Positions 7,958-16,591 of a stretch of DNA of 32,184 nt are shown one piece after another. Positions within the stretch are counted from its first letter, which is position 1. Every line of letters begins with the position of its first letter. The position numbers and the translations under genes were made by a program. The stretch spans positions 1-32,184 of the forward strand of contig VAZU01000049.1 of NCBI GenBank assembly GCA_005884745.1, read 5' to 3'. A model generated the notes under the pieces. It ran no database searches. It saw nothing but the letters and a program-made list of their open reading frames with translations, and was not told the origin of the DNA. Source of the stretch: Alphaproteobacteria bacterium (GTDB taxonomy: Bacteria; Pseudomonadota; Alphaproteobacteria; Rhizobiales; Xanthobacteraceae).

Positions 7958-8419
7958 TCATCGTTTGCGGTCGCGCCCGCACAGGTGCGTCTCGATTTCG
8001 GAGACCGGAAGCTTCACATAATCCTTCTCGAGCTCGGCCCGGATCGCTTGGCGCACGTGCGGCGAATAGGCCTGCCGGATGATTCCCAGCGCCCGGGGCG
8101 GCGCCGCCATGATCAGACTGTCGACCTCGCCGGTGGTGACGGCGGTGTCGAGCCGGCTTGCGAGAGCCTTGAGAAAATCTCGCTCCGACTGACGGTGCCA
8201 GTCGGTCTGCTCCACCGCGCTGCGCGTATTGCCCACGGAGGCAAAGGCCCGTCCGGGCACGTCGCTGCCGAGTTCGTGCGTTGCCGGATGCTTCTGTTCG
8301 TAGGCCTCTCGCGTCCGCAGGTGGGGGAATCGGGCATCTCCGGCATTCTCGAGGATGAGCGCCTTACCCCCGTCGCAGACCACGACCCATTCGCCGCTTC
8401 CGATCTTCAGATCCGGCAT
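7958..8419 (-). CDS. host attachment protein (Host_attach family), 153 aa
   Basis: Internal ATG 8419 is preceded by AGGAG. Translation MPDLKIGSGEWVVVCDGGKALILEN...HELGSDVPGRAFASVG...ERDFLKALASRLD...LIMAAPPRALGIIRQ matches the Host_attach pattern as I recall it. The gene is 54 nt upstream of mscL on the same strand. Confidence 0.75.
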   Translation of the reverse strand: MPDLKIGSGEWVVVCDGGKALILENAGDARFPHLRTREAYEQKHPATHELGSDVPGRAFASVGNTRSAVEQTDWHRQSERDFLKALASRLDTAVTTGEVDSLIMAAPPRALGIIRQAYSPHVRQAIRAELEKDYVKLPVSEIETHLCGRDRKR

Positions 8420-8453
8420 CGAACTCTCCTGGTCTGGCGCGATCCTGGCGCAC

Positions 8454-8479
8454 AACGCGGGGCGGGCGCCCCGGGTTGC
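8454..8479 (-). promoter_or_regulatory. near-consensus EcfG-type promoter (GCAAC-N17-CGTT) upstream of the Host_attach gene
   Basis: Plus strand reads AACG(8454-8457)-N17-GTTGC(8475-8479). There is one mismatch in the -35 element. It sits 34 nt upstream of ATG 8419. Confidence 0.25.
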
Positions 8480-8523
8480 CCGCTCCCGGCGGGACCGAAT
8501 GCATGCATGCCAGGACTTTCGCC

Positions 8524-8548
8524 GGAACTTGGGGCTGCCTTTGGCGTT
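8524..8548 (+). promoter_or_regulatory. EcfG-type (general stress response) promoter, exact GGAAC-N16-CGTT, upstream of the ECF sigma gene
   Basis: GGAAC 8524-8528, 16-nt spacer, CGTT 8545-8548. It lies in the 332-bp divergent intergenic region, 203 nt upstream of ATG 8752. Confidence 0.65.
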
Positions 8549-8751
8549 GGCGACCAGCGTCGAGCGGTCTCCACGGGCTCGCGCCGGCAGGGCCGCGGCG
8601 AGCCTCGAGGCTTCACCGCGGCGAGGATTGGCCTGCCCGGTGCGGCAAGCAACCGCACCGACCCCGTCGGGACTGCCAGCTGCCCGCAATTTTCGGTGAT
8701 CGCCGCCAAGAGCGCGATGCGTGTCAAGCAACCCAGGTCCTGGAATCGCCG

Positions 8752-9456
8752 ATGAGTAACGGCAAAAAGCACCGCGCGGCATTCCACGCCCGGGACGCGC
8801 GCGAGCCGCGCTCCGCCGCGCGGGAGGGCCGCACCGGGCCGCCGCCGCGCGATCCGCGCGTGCAGGCCGGGCGCATGGCTCAGCCGGCCCGGAACGCCCC
8901 ACCCCGGAGCGACCAACTCGATGACACGATGCGGGACGCCATGCTCGGCGCGGTGCCGCGCTTGCGCGCTTTCGCCATTTCGCTGTGCGGAAACGTCGAC
9001 AAGGCCGATGACCTCGTGCAGGAGACGCTGCTGCGCGCGCTTTCCCACATCGAGCAGTTCGAGCCCGGCACCAACATGCCGGCTTGGCTGTTCACGATCC
9101 TTCGCAACCTGTTCCGATCCGATTATCGCAAGCGCCGCCGCGAGGTCGAGGACGACGACGGCTCCTATGCGGATACCCTGAAGTCGCAGCCCGAGCAGTC
9201 CGGCCGGCTGGAGTTCGAGGAACTCCCCGGCGCACTCGCCAAGCTGCCGCCGGACCAGCGCGAGGCCTTGATCCTGGTTGGAGCGTCGGGCCTCTCCTAT
9301 GAGGAGGCGGCGCAGATCTGCGGCTGTCCGATCGGGACGATCAAGAGTCGCGTTAATCGCGCACGCGGGCGGCTGGCGGAGCTGTTGTCGATCGAAAGCG
9401 TCGACGACCTCGGGCCCGATCAGACCATGCGCGCGGTGCTGGTGAACGAATGTTGA
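8752..9456 (+). CDS. ECF-type sigma-70 family RNA polymerase sigma factor, EcfG-like; start uncertain (8752, 8875 or 8929)
   Basis: Region 2 is ADDLVQETLLRAL...NMPAWLFTILRNLFRSDYRKRRRE. Region 4 is LPPDQREALILVGASGLSYEEAAQICGCPIGTIKSRVNRARGRL. Third-position GC is very high from 8752 onward (52 of 60 codons counted) and lower upstream, which favours the 8752 start. Confidence 0.85.
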   Translation: MSNGKKHRAAFHARDAREPRSAAREGRTGPPPRDPRVQAGRMAQPARNAPPRSDQLDDTMRDAMLGAVPRLRAFAISLCGNVDKADDLVQETLLRALSHIEQFEPGTNMPAWLFTILRNLFRSDYRKRRREVEDDDGSYADTLKSQPEQSGRLEFEELPGALAKLPPDQREALILVGASGLSYEEAAQICGCPIGTIKSRVNRARGRLAELLSIESVDDLGPDQTMRAVLVNEC

Positions 9457-9502
9457 GGCACCATATTCCCGTCGAGGGCGTGCGTGGGGGAGCACGAAGG
9501 TC

Positions 9503-9961
9503 ATGGGCCGTGGTTACGGGCGGTTTCGCATGAGCCAATCCGATCCAACGGCGGACTCTGGACCCGAGCTGTCGATCGCCACCGACAAAGTCTGTTTCAT
9601 CGTCGTCAAGGCACGCGAGTTCGACGCCAAGGATCTGGTTACCGAACCGGATCCCGCCTCCAATCCCACCGACGACCGGATGATCTCGGTTCTGGAGGAT
9701 CACAAGGACGATCCGGTATACCGCGAGATTACGGCTTTCATCGGCGCTTTGAGCGAGGACGAGCAGATCGATCTCGTCGCTCTGGCCTGGCTCGGCCGCG
9801 GCGACGGCGGAATCGAGGATTGGTCCGAGCTGCACGGCCAGGCAGCGAGCGAGCACAACCGGCGAACGGCGCAATATCTGCTCGGCCTGCCGCTGCTGCC
9901 GGACTATCTCGAGGAGGGTCTGTCCCTGTTCGGCGAGTCGTGCGAATCCTACGAGGCCTGA
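9503..9961 (+). CDS. DUF3775 domain-containing protein (acidic, 152 aa)
   Basis: Translation ELSIATDKVCFIVVKAREFDAKD...NPTDDRMISVLEDHKDDPVYREITAFIGALSEDEQIDLVALAWLGRGDG...YLLGLPLLPDYLEEGLSLFG matches the DUF3775 pattern. GGGGAG lies upstream. It starts 46 nt after the sigma gene stop on the same strand. Confidence 0.8.
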   Translation: MGRGYGRFRMSQSDPTADSGPELSIATDKVCFIVVKAREFDAKDLVTEPDPASNPTDDRMISVLEDHKDDPVYREITAFIGALSEDEQIDLVALAWLGRGDGGIEDWSELHGQAASEHNRRTAQYLLGLPLLPDYLEEGLSLFGESCESYEA

Positions 9962-9982
9962 GCGGGCGGAGCGCGAATCCTT

Positions 9983-10924
9983 TCAACCCGTTCGCAGCCG
10001 GTCGATCTCGGCCAGGTCCTCGGGCGTGAGATTGCATTCCACGGCGCGAACGTTGGCTTCCACCTGCTCCGGCCGGGTCGCGCCGGCGATCACGCTTGCG
10101 ACTGTCGGCCGCGCCGCCAGCCAGGACAACGCCAGCTCCAGCAGCGTGCGGCCGCGCCGGGCGCAAAAATCCTCGAGCCGCTCGACGATGCGCCAATTCG
10201 CCTCGGTCAAATACCGGTCGGCGAGGCGTTTGGTCTCGGTCAGTCGCGCGCCCGCGGGCATCGACGCGTTGCGCCGGTATTTGCCGGTCAAAAGCCCGCT
10301 GGCGAGCGGGAAATACGGCAACAGCCCGAGCCCGTAGCGCTCCATCATCGGGGTGAGCTCGCGCTCCGGCTCGCGCACCACCAAGCTGTATTCGTCCTGG
10401 CAGCACGCGAATCGATCGAGCCCGGCGTGCTGGGCGGTCCACAGGGCCTCGACGACTTGCCAGGCCGGCAGGTTGGAGCACCCGACGTAGCGCACCTTGC
10501 CTTGGCGGACGAGATCGTCGAGCGCGCGCAGCGTCTCCTCGATCGGGGTCAACGGATCGGGCTGATGCAGCTGATAGAGATCGATCCAATCGGTTTTGAG
10601 CCGTCGCAGGCTCGCCTCGACCGCGGACAGGATGTAGCGCCGGGAAGCTCCCTTGCGGGTGCCGGCGTCGTCCATCGCCATGCCGAATTTGGTCGCGAGC
10701 ACGATGTCCTTGCGCCGGTCGCCGAGGCTCTCGCCCAGATATTGCTCGGAGCGGCCGCGCTCGCCGTAGATATCCGCGGTGTCGAACAGCGTGATGCCGA
10801 GATCGAGCGCCCGGTGCACGACCTTGCGCGTCGCCGCAAGATCGAGCCTGCCGCCGAAATTGTTGCAACCCAGCCCGACCAGCGAGACCTGCAGGCCGGA
10901 TCTGCCGAGATTTCGTATTTGCAT
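9983..10924 (-). CDS. aldo/keto reductase family oxidoreductase
   Basis: Internal ATG 10924 gives MQIRNLGRSGLQVSLVGLGCNNFGGR...GITLFDTADIYGERGRSEQYLG...VLATKFG..., the classic AKR N-terminus. Length 313 aa. Confidence 0.9.
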   Translation of the reverse strand: MQIRNLGRSGLQVSLVGLGCNNFGGRLDLAATRKVVHRALDLGITLFDTADIYGERGRSEQYLGESLGDRRKDIVLATKFGMAMDDAGTRKGASRRYILSAVEASLRRLKTDWIDLYQLHQPDPLTPIEETLRALDDLVRQGKVRYVGCSNLPAWQVVEALWTAQHAGLDRFACCQDEYSLVVREPERELTPMMERYGLGLLPYFPLASGLLTGKYRRNASMPAGARLTETKRLADRYLTEANWRIVERLEDFCARRGRTLLELALSWLAARPTVASVIAGATRPEQVEANVRAVECNLTPEDLAEIDRLRTG

Positions 10925-11207
10925 GCGCGACCTCTGTTCACCCCCGATCGCCCGAAGCGCAACGAGCGATCGGCGCCGGCTCGGCGACACCCGTCGGATC
11001 AGGACCAAAGTTCGGGCGCACTTGCAACCGCTTCGTCATGCATCGACAGCGGAGCCATGGCGCGAGAGCAGCTCGGGACCGCATCTCCGAGTTGCGATCC
11101 AGGGGAACCGATGCCAGGATCGACGATTGCCCCCGAATTCCGGAAACGGCGCGGTTTGATCGCTGCGTGATCGCCGTTCGAACATCGAGCAGGATCGCGA
11201 GGTCGGT

Positions 11208-11873
11208 TTGTTCTTTTCCGTAGCGCCGTCGCACCTGCTCTCGGTCTACGGCTATTGGGCGATCGCCGCGATCGTCGGCCTCGAAGGCATCGGCATTCCG
11301 ATTCCGGGCGAGACCACCCTGATCCTCGCGGCCGTCTACGCCGGCTCGACGCACCACCTCGATATTCGACTGGTGATCGTGGCTGCCGCGGCGGGCTCTA
11401 TCGTCGGCAGCATCATCGGGTTCTGGATCGGGCGGGAGATCGGCTATCCGCTCTTGCTGCGCTACGGTCACTACGTCGGCCTGACCGAGAGCAAGATCAA
11501 GATCGGGCAATATCTGTTTCGGAGTCATGGCGGCAAGATCGTGTTCTTCGGTCGCTTCGTCCCGCTGCTCCGCACGATTGCCGCCTTGCTCGCCGGGGCC
11601 AATCGCATGCCTTGGCTTCCCTTCCTGCTGTTCAACACCGCGGGCAGCGTCTTGTGGACCTGCGTGTACGGTCTCGGAGCGTATTATCTCGGCGAGGAAA
11701 CGAACCGATTGGAGGCTCCACTGGAGATCGGTCTGACGGTGATGGTGCTCGTCGTCATCTTCGGCGGGGCGATCCTGCTGCGCCGCAGTGAGGCGCAACT
11801 GGCCGCGGCGGCGGAACGCGCATTGCCCGGTCCGCTCCAAGACCCGCACCGAGCGCAATCGATCGACTGCTGA
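11208..11873 (+). CDS. DedA/SNARE-associated family membrane protein
   Basis: TTG start with GAGG 5 nt upstream. Translation YGYWAIAAIVGLEGIGIPIPGETTLILAAVYAG...FFGRFVPLLRTIAALLAGANRMPW, the DedA signature. Confidence 0.85.
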   Translation: MFFSVAPSHLLSVYGYWAIAAIVGLEGIGIPIPGETTLILAAVYAGSTHHLDIRLVIVAAAAGSIVGSIIGFWIGREIGYPLLLRYGHYVGLTESKIKIGQYLFRSHGGKIVFFGRFVPLLRTIAALLAGANRMPWLPFLLFNTAGSVLWTCVYGLGAYYLGEETNRLEAPLEIGLTVMVLVVIFGGAILLRRSEAQLAAAAERALPGPLQDPHRAQSIDC

Positions 11874-11992
11874 TCGTCCGCATCCGCCCACGGCCGCTCG
11901 CCGCTCGCATCAGGACCATGGATATCGTACCGTTCGGGTCGGACCCCGCCGCGGTTGCGACCGAGCCGGCGGGAACCGCGGGAGGCATGTAC

Positions 11993-13329
11993 ATGGGCCG
12001 GATTCTCATCAAGGGCGGCGCATTGGTCACCATGGATCGCCGAATCGCGGACCTTCCTGCCGGCGACGTACTCCGCAGCTTCCGGCGCCGGACGGCGCGC
12101 AAGTGATCGACGCCGCCGATTGCATCGTGCTGCCGGGGCTGATCAACGCCCATTTGCACACCTGGCAGAGCGCGCTGCGCGGCATTGCCGCCGATTGGAC
12201 CGTGGCGAAATATATGGCCGCCATGCATCGCGGCCTGGCTACGCTGTTCCGTCCCGAGGACCTCTACATTGCCAACCTCATGGGCGCGCTGAACCAGATC
12301 CATTGCGGCTCGACCACGCTGGTCGACTGGTGTCACAACAATCCGACCCCGGAGCACACCGACGCCGCAATCGATGGCCTGGCGGAATCCGGCATCCGCG
12401 CCGTATTTCTGCACGGCTCGCCCAAGCCCAACCCGAAGCCCGGGCAAAAGCACTTCAGCGAAATCCCGATGCCGCGTGCCGAGATCGGGCGCCTGCGCAA
12501 CGGCCGGTTCGCCGGCCGCGACGGGCTGATCACCTTCGGGCTCGCCATCCTCGGTCCCTATTACTCGATCTACGAGGTGACGCGACACGACGTCGAGCTT
12601 GCCCGCGAGTTCGACCTCTTGGCCAGCATGCACGTCGGCGGCGGCGTGCCGATCGCAGCGGGAGGTTTTGAGCGCCTCGCCAAAGAAGACCTGATCCGCG
12701 GCAGGTTCAATGTCGTGCACGGCAATGATTTGTCGGCGGATGTGATCCGCACGATCACCGATCGCGGCGGCATGTTCACGGTTACGGCCGAGATCGAGCT
12801 GCAGATGGGCTATGGCGATCCGCTTACCGGGCAGCTCAACGCGTTGAACGCGCCGGTCTCGATCGGCTCCGACGTCGAACCGGCGGCACGCGGCGACCTG
12901 TTCACGGCGATGCGGGTCACGCTGCAGCACGAGCGCAACCGCCGCACCCTGGAAATCCATGCGCAGACGGGCAGCCGCCCGGAGGCGATGCCGGTCAGCT
13001 GTCGCCAAGCGCTGGAATGGGCCACCATCAACGGCGCCAAAATGCTCGGTCTCGATCACCGCATCGGCTCGCTTGCGCCCGGCAAGCAGGCCGACATCAT
13101 TCTGCTGCGCTGCGGCGATCTCAATCTGTTTCCGGTCCACGACCCGGTTGCATCCGCCGTGATGCAGGCCGGTGTGGCCAATGTCGACACCGTGCTGATC
13201 GCGGGCCGCATTGTGAAGCGCGGCGGAAAATTGCTCTATGCCGACATCGAGCAGAAAAAATCCGCGCTGCGGCGCTCGGGCGAGCGAATTCTGAGCGATT
13301 TCGGGCTCGAGCCGCAGCGCGCGGCCTGA
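11993..13329 (+). pseudogene. amidohydrolase family protein (metal-dependent hydrolase/deaminase type) disrupted by an out-of-frame deletion near codon 27
   Basis: The N-terminus MGRILIKGGALVTMDRRIADLPAGDVL starts at ATG 11993 with GGGAGG upstream and stops at TGA 12104-12106. The rest (PQLPAPDGAQVIDAADCIVLPGLINAHLHTWQS... to 13329) is in another frame. Only 29 nt separate GDVL from VIDA, where homologues carry a longer I-x-x-G-x-I-x-x-V-G strand pair. Confidence 0.65.
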
Positions 13330-13343
13330 AAGGAGAGGTGCCG

Positions 13344-14606
13344 ATGCCGTCCGGTCGCCGTCGTTTCCTGCTCTTGCTGACCGCCATCGTCGCCGCAGCG
13401 GTGCTGGTGCCGGCCGGCGAGCCGCACGCCGCCGATCCGATCAAGATCGGCTTTGCCATGTCGCAGACCGGGGGCCTTGCCGGCGGCGGCAAGAGTGCCG
13501 TGCTGGCGTTCGAAATCTGGAAGGACGATGTCAACGCCAGGGGCGGGCTGTTGGGACGGCCGGTGGAGCTCGTCTATTACGACGACCAGAGCAATCCTTC
13601 GCTGATCCCCGGCATCTACACCAAGCTGCTCGACGTCGACAGAGTCGATTTCGTGGTCTCCTCCTACGCCACCAACCAGATCGCGCCCGCCATGCCGATC
13701 GTCATGCAGCGCAATCTGCTGTTCATGGCGCTGTTCGGCACGGGGGTGAACGACAATTTTCACTATGACAAGTATTTTCAGATCCTGCCGAACGGCAAGG
13801 AGACCCGGCTCGCGCCCTCGCTCGGCTTTCTCGAGACCGCGATGACCATGGAACCCAGGCCGCAGACGATCGCGCTGACTGGAGCCGACGCCGAATACGC
13901 GCAGACCGTGCTGGCGGGCGCGCGGGAGACGATCCAGCGGCTGGGGCTGAAGATCGTCTACGACCGCAGCTATCCGCCGAGCACCGTCGACTATTCGCCG
14001 ATCGTGCGCTCGATTCAGGCGACCAATCCCGACGTCGTCTTCGTGGCCTCTTATCCGCCGGATTCGGTCGGCATCGTGCGCGCCGCCAGCGAGATCGGGC
14101 TGAGCCCGAAAATGTTCGGCGGCGGGATGATCGGGCTCGCCTTCACGCCGATCAAGCAGCAGCTCGGACCGCTGCTCAACGGCATCGTCGCCTACGACGT
14201 CTATGCGCCGGAGCCGACGATGCAATTCCCCGGCATCGACGATTTCCTCAAGCGCTATCAGGCGAGAGCCGCCGGGGCCGGCGTCGATCCGCTCGGCCAT
14301 TATCTTCCGCCCTACGCGTATGCGGAGATGCAGATCCTGGCCCAGGCCGTGAACGCGGTCGGCGGCATCGATCACGCCAAGATCGCCGCCTATATCCACG
14401 CCACCAAGTTCAGCACCGTCGTCGGCGAGGTGAAATTCGCGGACAATGGTGAGTGGGAGAAGGGGCGGGCGCTGTTCGTGCAGTACCAGAACGTCAAGGG
14501 TAACGACATCAACCAGTTCCGCCAGGCCGGCACGCAGGTGATCCTCTATCCGCCGGAGCTCAAGTCGGGAAGGCTGATCTATCCGTACGCGGGGGCGAAG
14601 CGCTGA
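13344..14606 (+). CDS. ABC transporter substrate-binding protein, branched-chain amino acid (LivK/Peripla_BP_6) type
   Basis: ATG 13344 is preceded by AAGGAGAG. Signal MPSGRRRFLLLLTAIVAAAVLVPAGEPHAADPIKIGFAMSQTGGLAGGGKS... The typical family core follows. No permease or ATPase gene is adjacent. Confidence 0.9.
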   Translation: MPSGRRRFLLLLTAIVAAAVLVPAGEPHAADPIKIGFAMSQTGGLAGGGKSAVLAFEIWKDDVNARGGLLGRPVELVYYDDQSNPSLIPGIYTKLLDVDRVDFVVSSYATNQIAPAMPIVMQRNLLFMALFGTGVNDNFHYDKYFQILPNGKETRLAPSLGFLETAMTMEPRPQTIALTGADAEYAQTVLAGARETIQRLGLKIVYDRSYPPSTVDYSPIVRSIQATNPDVVFVASYPPDSVGIVRAASEIGLSPKMFGGGMIGLAFTPIKQQLGPLLNGIVAYDVYAPEPTMQFPGIDDFLKRYQARAAGAGVDPLGHYLPPYAYAEMQILAQAVNAVGGIDHAKIAAYIHATKFSTVVGEVKFADNGEWEKGRALFVQYQNVKGNDINQFRQAGTQVILYPPELKSGRLIYPYAGAKR

Positions 14607-14652
14607 TTATGTGACGTCTACGGGTGAGCCGAAGGTTCGCGAAGCGGGCTTG

Positions 14653-14670
14653 GGCCGGTAAATGCCGGCC
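14653..14670 (+). terminator. short GC hairpin after the substrate-binding protein gene (weak terminator candidate)
   Basis: GGCCGG-TAAATG-CCGGCC, a 6-bp stem with a 6-nt loop. No downstream T-tract. Confidence 0.2.
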
Positions 14671-14683
14671 GAATGGGGAAGGG

Positions 14684-15313
14684 ATGGAGCGGGAACGTCG
14701 AACTATCGCGGTCTGGCTATGCGTCTGGGGGCTCCTGGCGAGCGGGACTGCCGGCGAGCAGGCGCAGGCGCAGCGTCCCATGAGCCTGCAGGCCGAGGAA
14801 TTGCCCGTCGAGGAGCAGCCCGGCATCGTGCCGGATCCGGACGAGGAGCGGCTGCCCGCCGCGTACCAGCGACAGCTGGTGTTCTTCCGCACCGCCGAGC
14901 CGCCCGGAACCATCATCGTCAGCACGTCGGAGCGCTTTCTCTACCTCGTGCAAGGCAACAACCGGGCGCTGCGGTACGGGATCGGGGTCGGCCGCGACGG
15001 CTTCCAGTGGTCGGGGCTGCTGCGCATTTCGCGCAAGTCCGAATGGCCCGATTGGATTCCGCCGCCGGAGATGATCGACCGCCAGCCGTATCTGCCGCGG
15101 TACATGGCCGGCGGCCCGGGTAATCCGCTCGGGGCGCGTGCCCTTTATCTCGGCAACACGGTCTACCGCATCCACGGCACCAATCAGCCGCAGACGATCG
15201 GGCATGCGGTTTCGTCGGGCTGCTTCCGCCTGGTGAATGGGGACGTCATGGATCTCTACGACCGGGTTCCGGTCGGGACCAAGGTCGTCGTGCGCCAGAG
15301 TCCGGAATTGTAG
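14684..15313 (+). CDS. L,D-transpeptidase (YkuD domain), exported
   Basis: ATG 14684 gives MERERRTIAVWLCVWGLLASGTAGEQAQA (signal). The catalytic motif is YRIHGTNQPQTIGHAVSSGCFRL (H...SxGC[F/I]R). Confidence 0.9.
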   Translation: MERERRTIAVWLCVWGLLASGTAGEQAQAQRPMSLQAEELPVEEQPGIVPDPDEERLPAAYQRQLVFFRTAEPPGTIIVSTSERFLYLVQGNNRALRYGIGVGRDGFQWSGLLRISRKSEWPDWIPPPEMIDRQPYLPRYMAGGPGNPLGARALYLGNTVYRIHGTNQPQTIGHAVSSGCFRLVNGDVMDLYDRVPVGTKVVVRQSPEL

Positions 15314-15323
15314 GGGAGGGGCC

Positions 15324-16460
15324 ATGCCAATTGATTTGCCGAACCCGAGCTTGGCCGCATTGCCGTCGGCAGCGGGCCGTACGCGGCTTTCCTTGCCGAT
15401 CCGGCAGCCGCGAGCTCGTTCCCGGTGGAGCTTTCGCGACCGGCTCCTCGCCTGGGCGTCCCTCCTCCTGGCGCTCGCATCGGCTCTAGTGGTGGCTTCA
15501 CTCGCCGCCGCACAGACTCTCACCGCCGTGCGGGAAAGGGGCGCGCTCGTCTGCGGCGTGAGCCATGGGCTGCTCGGCTTCTCCAGCGTCGACGACAAGG
15601 GCAACTGGAGCGGCTTCGACGTCGATCTGTGCCGCGCCGTCGCCGCGGCCATTTTCAACGACGCCGGCAAGGTAAGGTTCGTTCCGCTCGACGCCGCCGC
15701 GCGGTTCGCCGCGCTGAAATCCGGCGACGTCGACGTGCTTTCGCGCAACTCGACCTGGACCATGTCGCGCGAGACTACCTTCGGGCTGGTCTTCGCGGCG
15801 GTCACCTATTACGACGGACAGGGATTCCTGGTCCGCAAGGCGCTCAACGTGGAGTCCGCGCTCGAGCTCGACGGCAAATCCTTTTGCCTGCAGACCGGAA
15901 CGACCGGCGAGCTCAACGTGGCCGACTATTTCCGCGCCAACAACATGACCTATTCGGCGGTCGAGCTCGCCAGTTTGGACGAGATCCTCACGGCCTATGA
16001 CGGCGGCCGTTGCGACGTATTCGCCACCGACGTCTCCCAGCTTCACGCCGAGAGGCTCAAGCTCGCCAAACCGGAGGAGCACGTCATTCTGCCCGACGTC
16101 ATCTCCAAGGAACCGCTCGGTCCCGTGGTGCGGCAAGGCGACGATCAGTGGTTCACCATCGTGAAATGGACGCATTTCGCCATGGTCAATGCCGAAGAGC
16201 TGGGGGTCAGCTCGAAGACGATCGAACGCGCGATGCAGTCGGAGAAGCCGGAGGTGAAACGGCTGGTCGGCACCGCGGGGAATTTCGGCGAGCAGGCGGG
16301 TCTGGCCAGCGATTGGGCAGCCCGGATCGTCAGGCTGGTCGGCAATTACGGCGAAGTGTTCGAGCGCAACATCGGCACGAAATCGCCGCTCGGCATTCCG
16401 CGCGGCCTCAATCACCTCTGGACGATGGGCGGCATCCAATATGCTCCGCCGATCCGGTGA
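15324..16460 (+). CDS. amino acid ABC transporter substrate-binding protein (general L-amino-acid AapJ/BztA-like), orphan
   Basis: ATG 15324 is preceded by GGGGAGGG. The core GALVCGVSHGLLGFSSVDDKGNWSGFDVDLCRAVAAAIF...VLSRNSTWTMSRE...YYDGQGFLV is AapJ-like. No aapQMP-type genes follow. Confidence 0.9.
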   Translation: MPIDLPNPSLAALPSAAGRTRLSLPIRQPRARSRWSFRDRLLAWASLLLALASALVVASLAAAQTLTAVRERGALVCGVSHGLLGFSSVDDKGNWSGFDVDLCRAVAAAIFNDAGKVRFVPLDAAARFAALKSGDVDVLSRNSTWTMSRETTFGLVFAAVTYYDGQGFLVRKALNVESALELDGKSFCLQTGTTGELNVADYFRANNMTYSAVELASLDEILTAYDGGRCDVFATDVSQLHAERLKLAKPEEHVILPDVISKEPLGPVVRQGDDQWFTIVKWTHFAMVNAEELGVSSKTIERAMQSEKPEVKRLVGTAGNFGEQAGLASDWAARIVRLVGNYGEVFERNIGTKSPLGIPRGLNHLWTMGGIQYAPPIR

Positions 16461-16498
16461 CCGCCGGAGCCGGGATTCCGGCGTTCTTCCGCCGGCGC

Positions 16499-16524
16499 GG
16501 AACTTCTTCCCCAAAACCGCCGTT
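16499..16524 (+). promoter_or_regulatory. EcfG-type (general stress response) promoter, exact GGAAC-N17-CGTT
   Basis: GGAAC 16499-16503, 17-nt spacer, CGTT 16521-16524; 67 nt upstream of ATG 16592. Confidence 0.65.
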
Positions 16525-16591
16525 TTATAAGCATTGATTCACCACAGCGGGCGCACCCTGGGGGACAGCCCCCTTTCCTCTCCGGCTCCTC

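Noticed and set aside
12060-12110. Programmed ribosomal frameshifting as the explanation for the split amidohydrolase, PBP (about 17165) and glgB (about 28083) genes.
   Set aside because: There is no slippery heptamer or homopolymer at any junction. In each case conserved residues (GGSTITQQ in the PBP; about 10 residues in each of the others) are physically missing, which a frameshift during translation could not restore.
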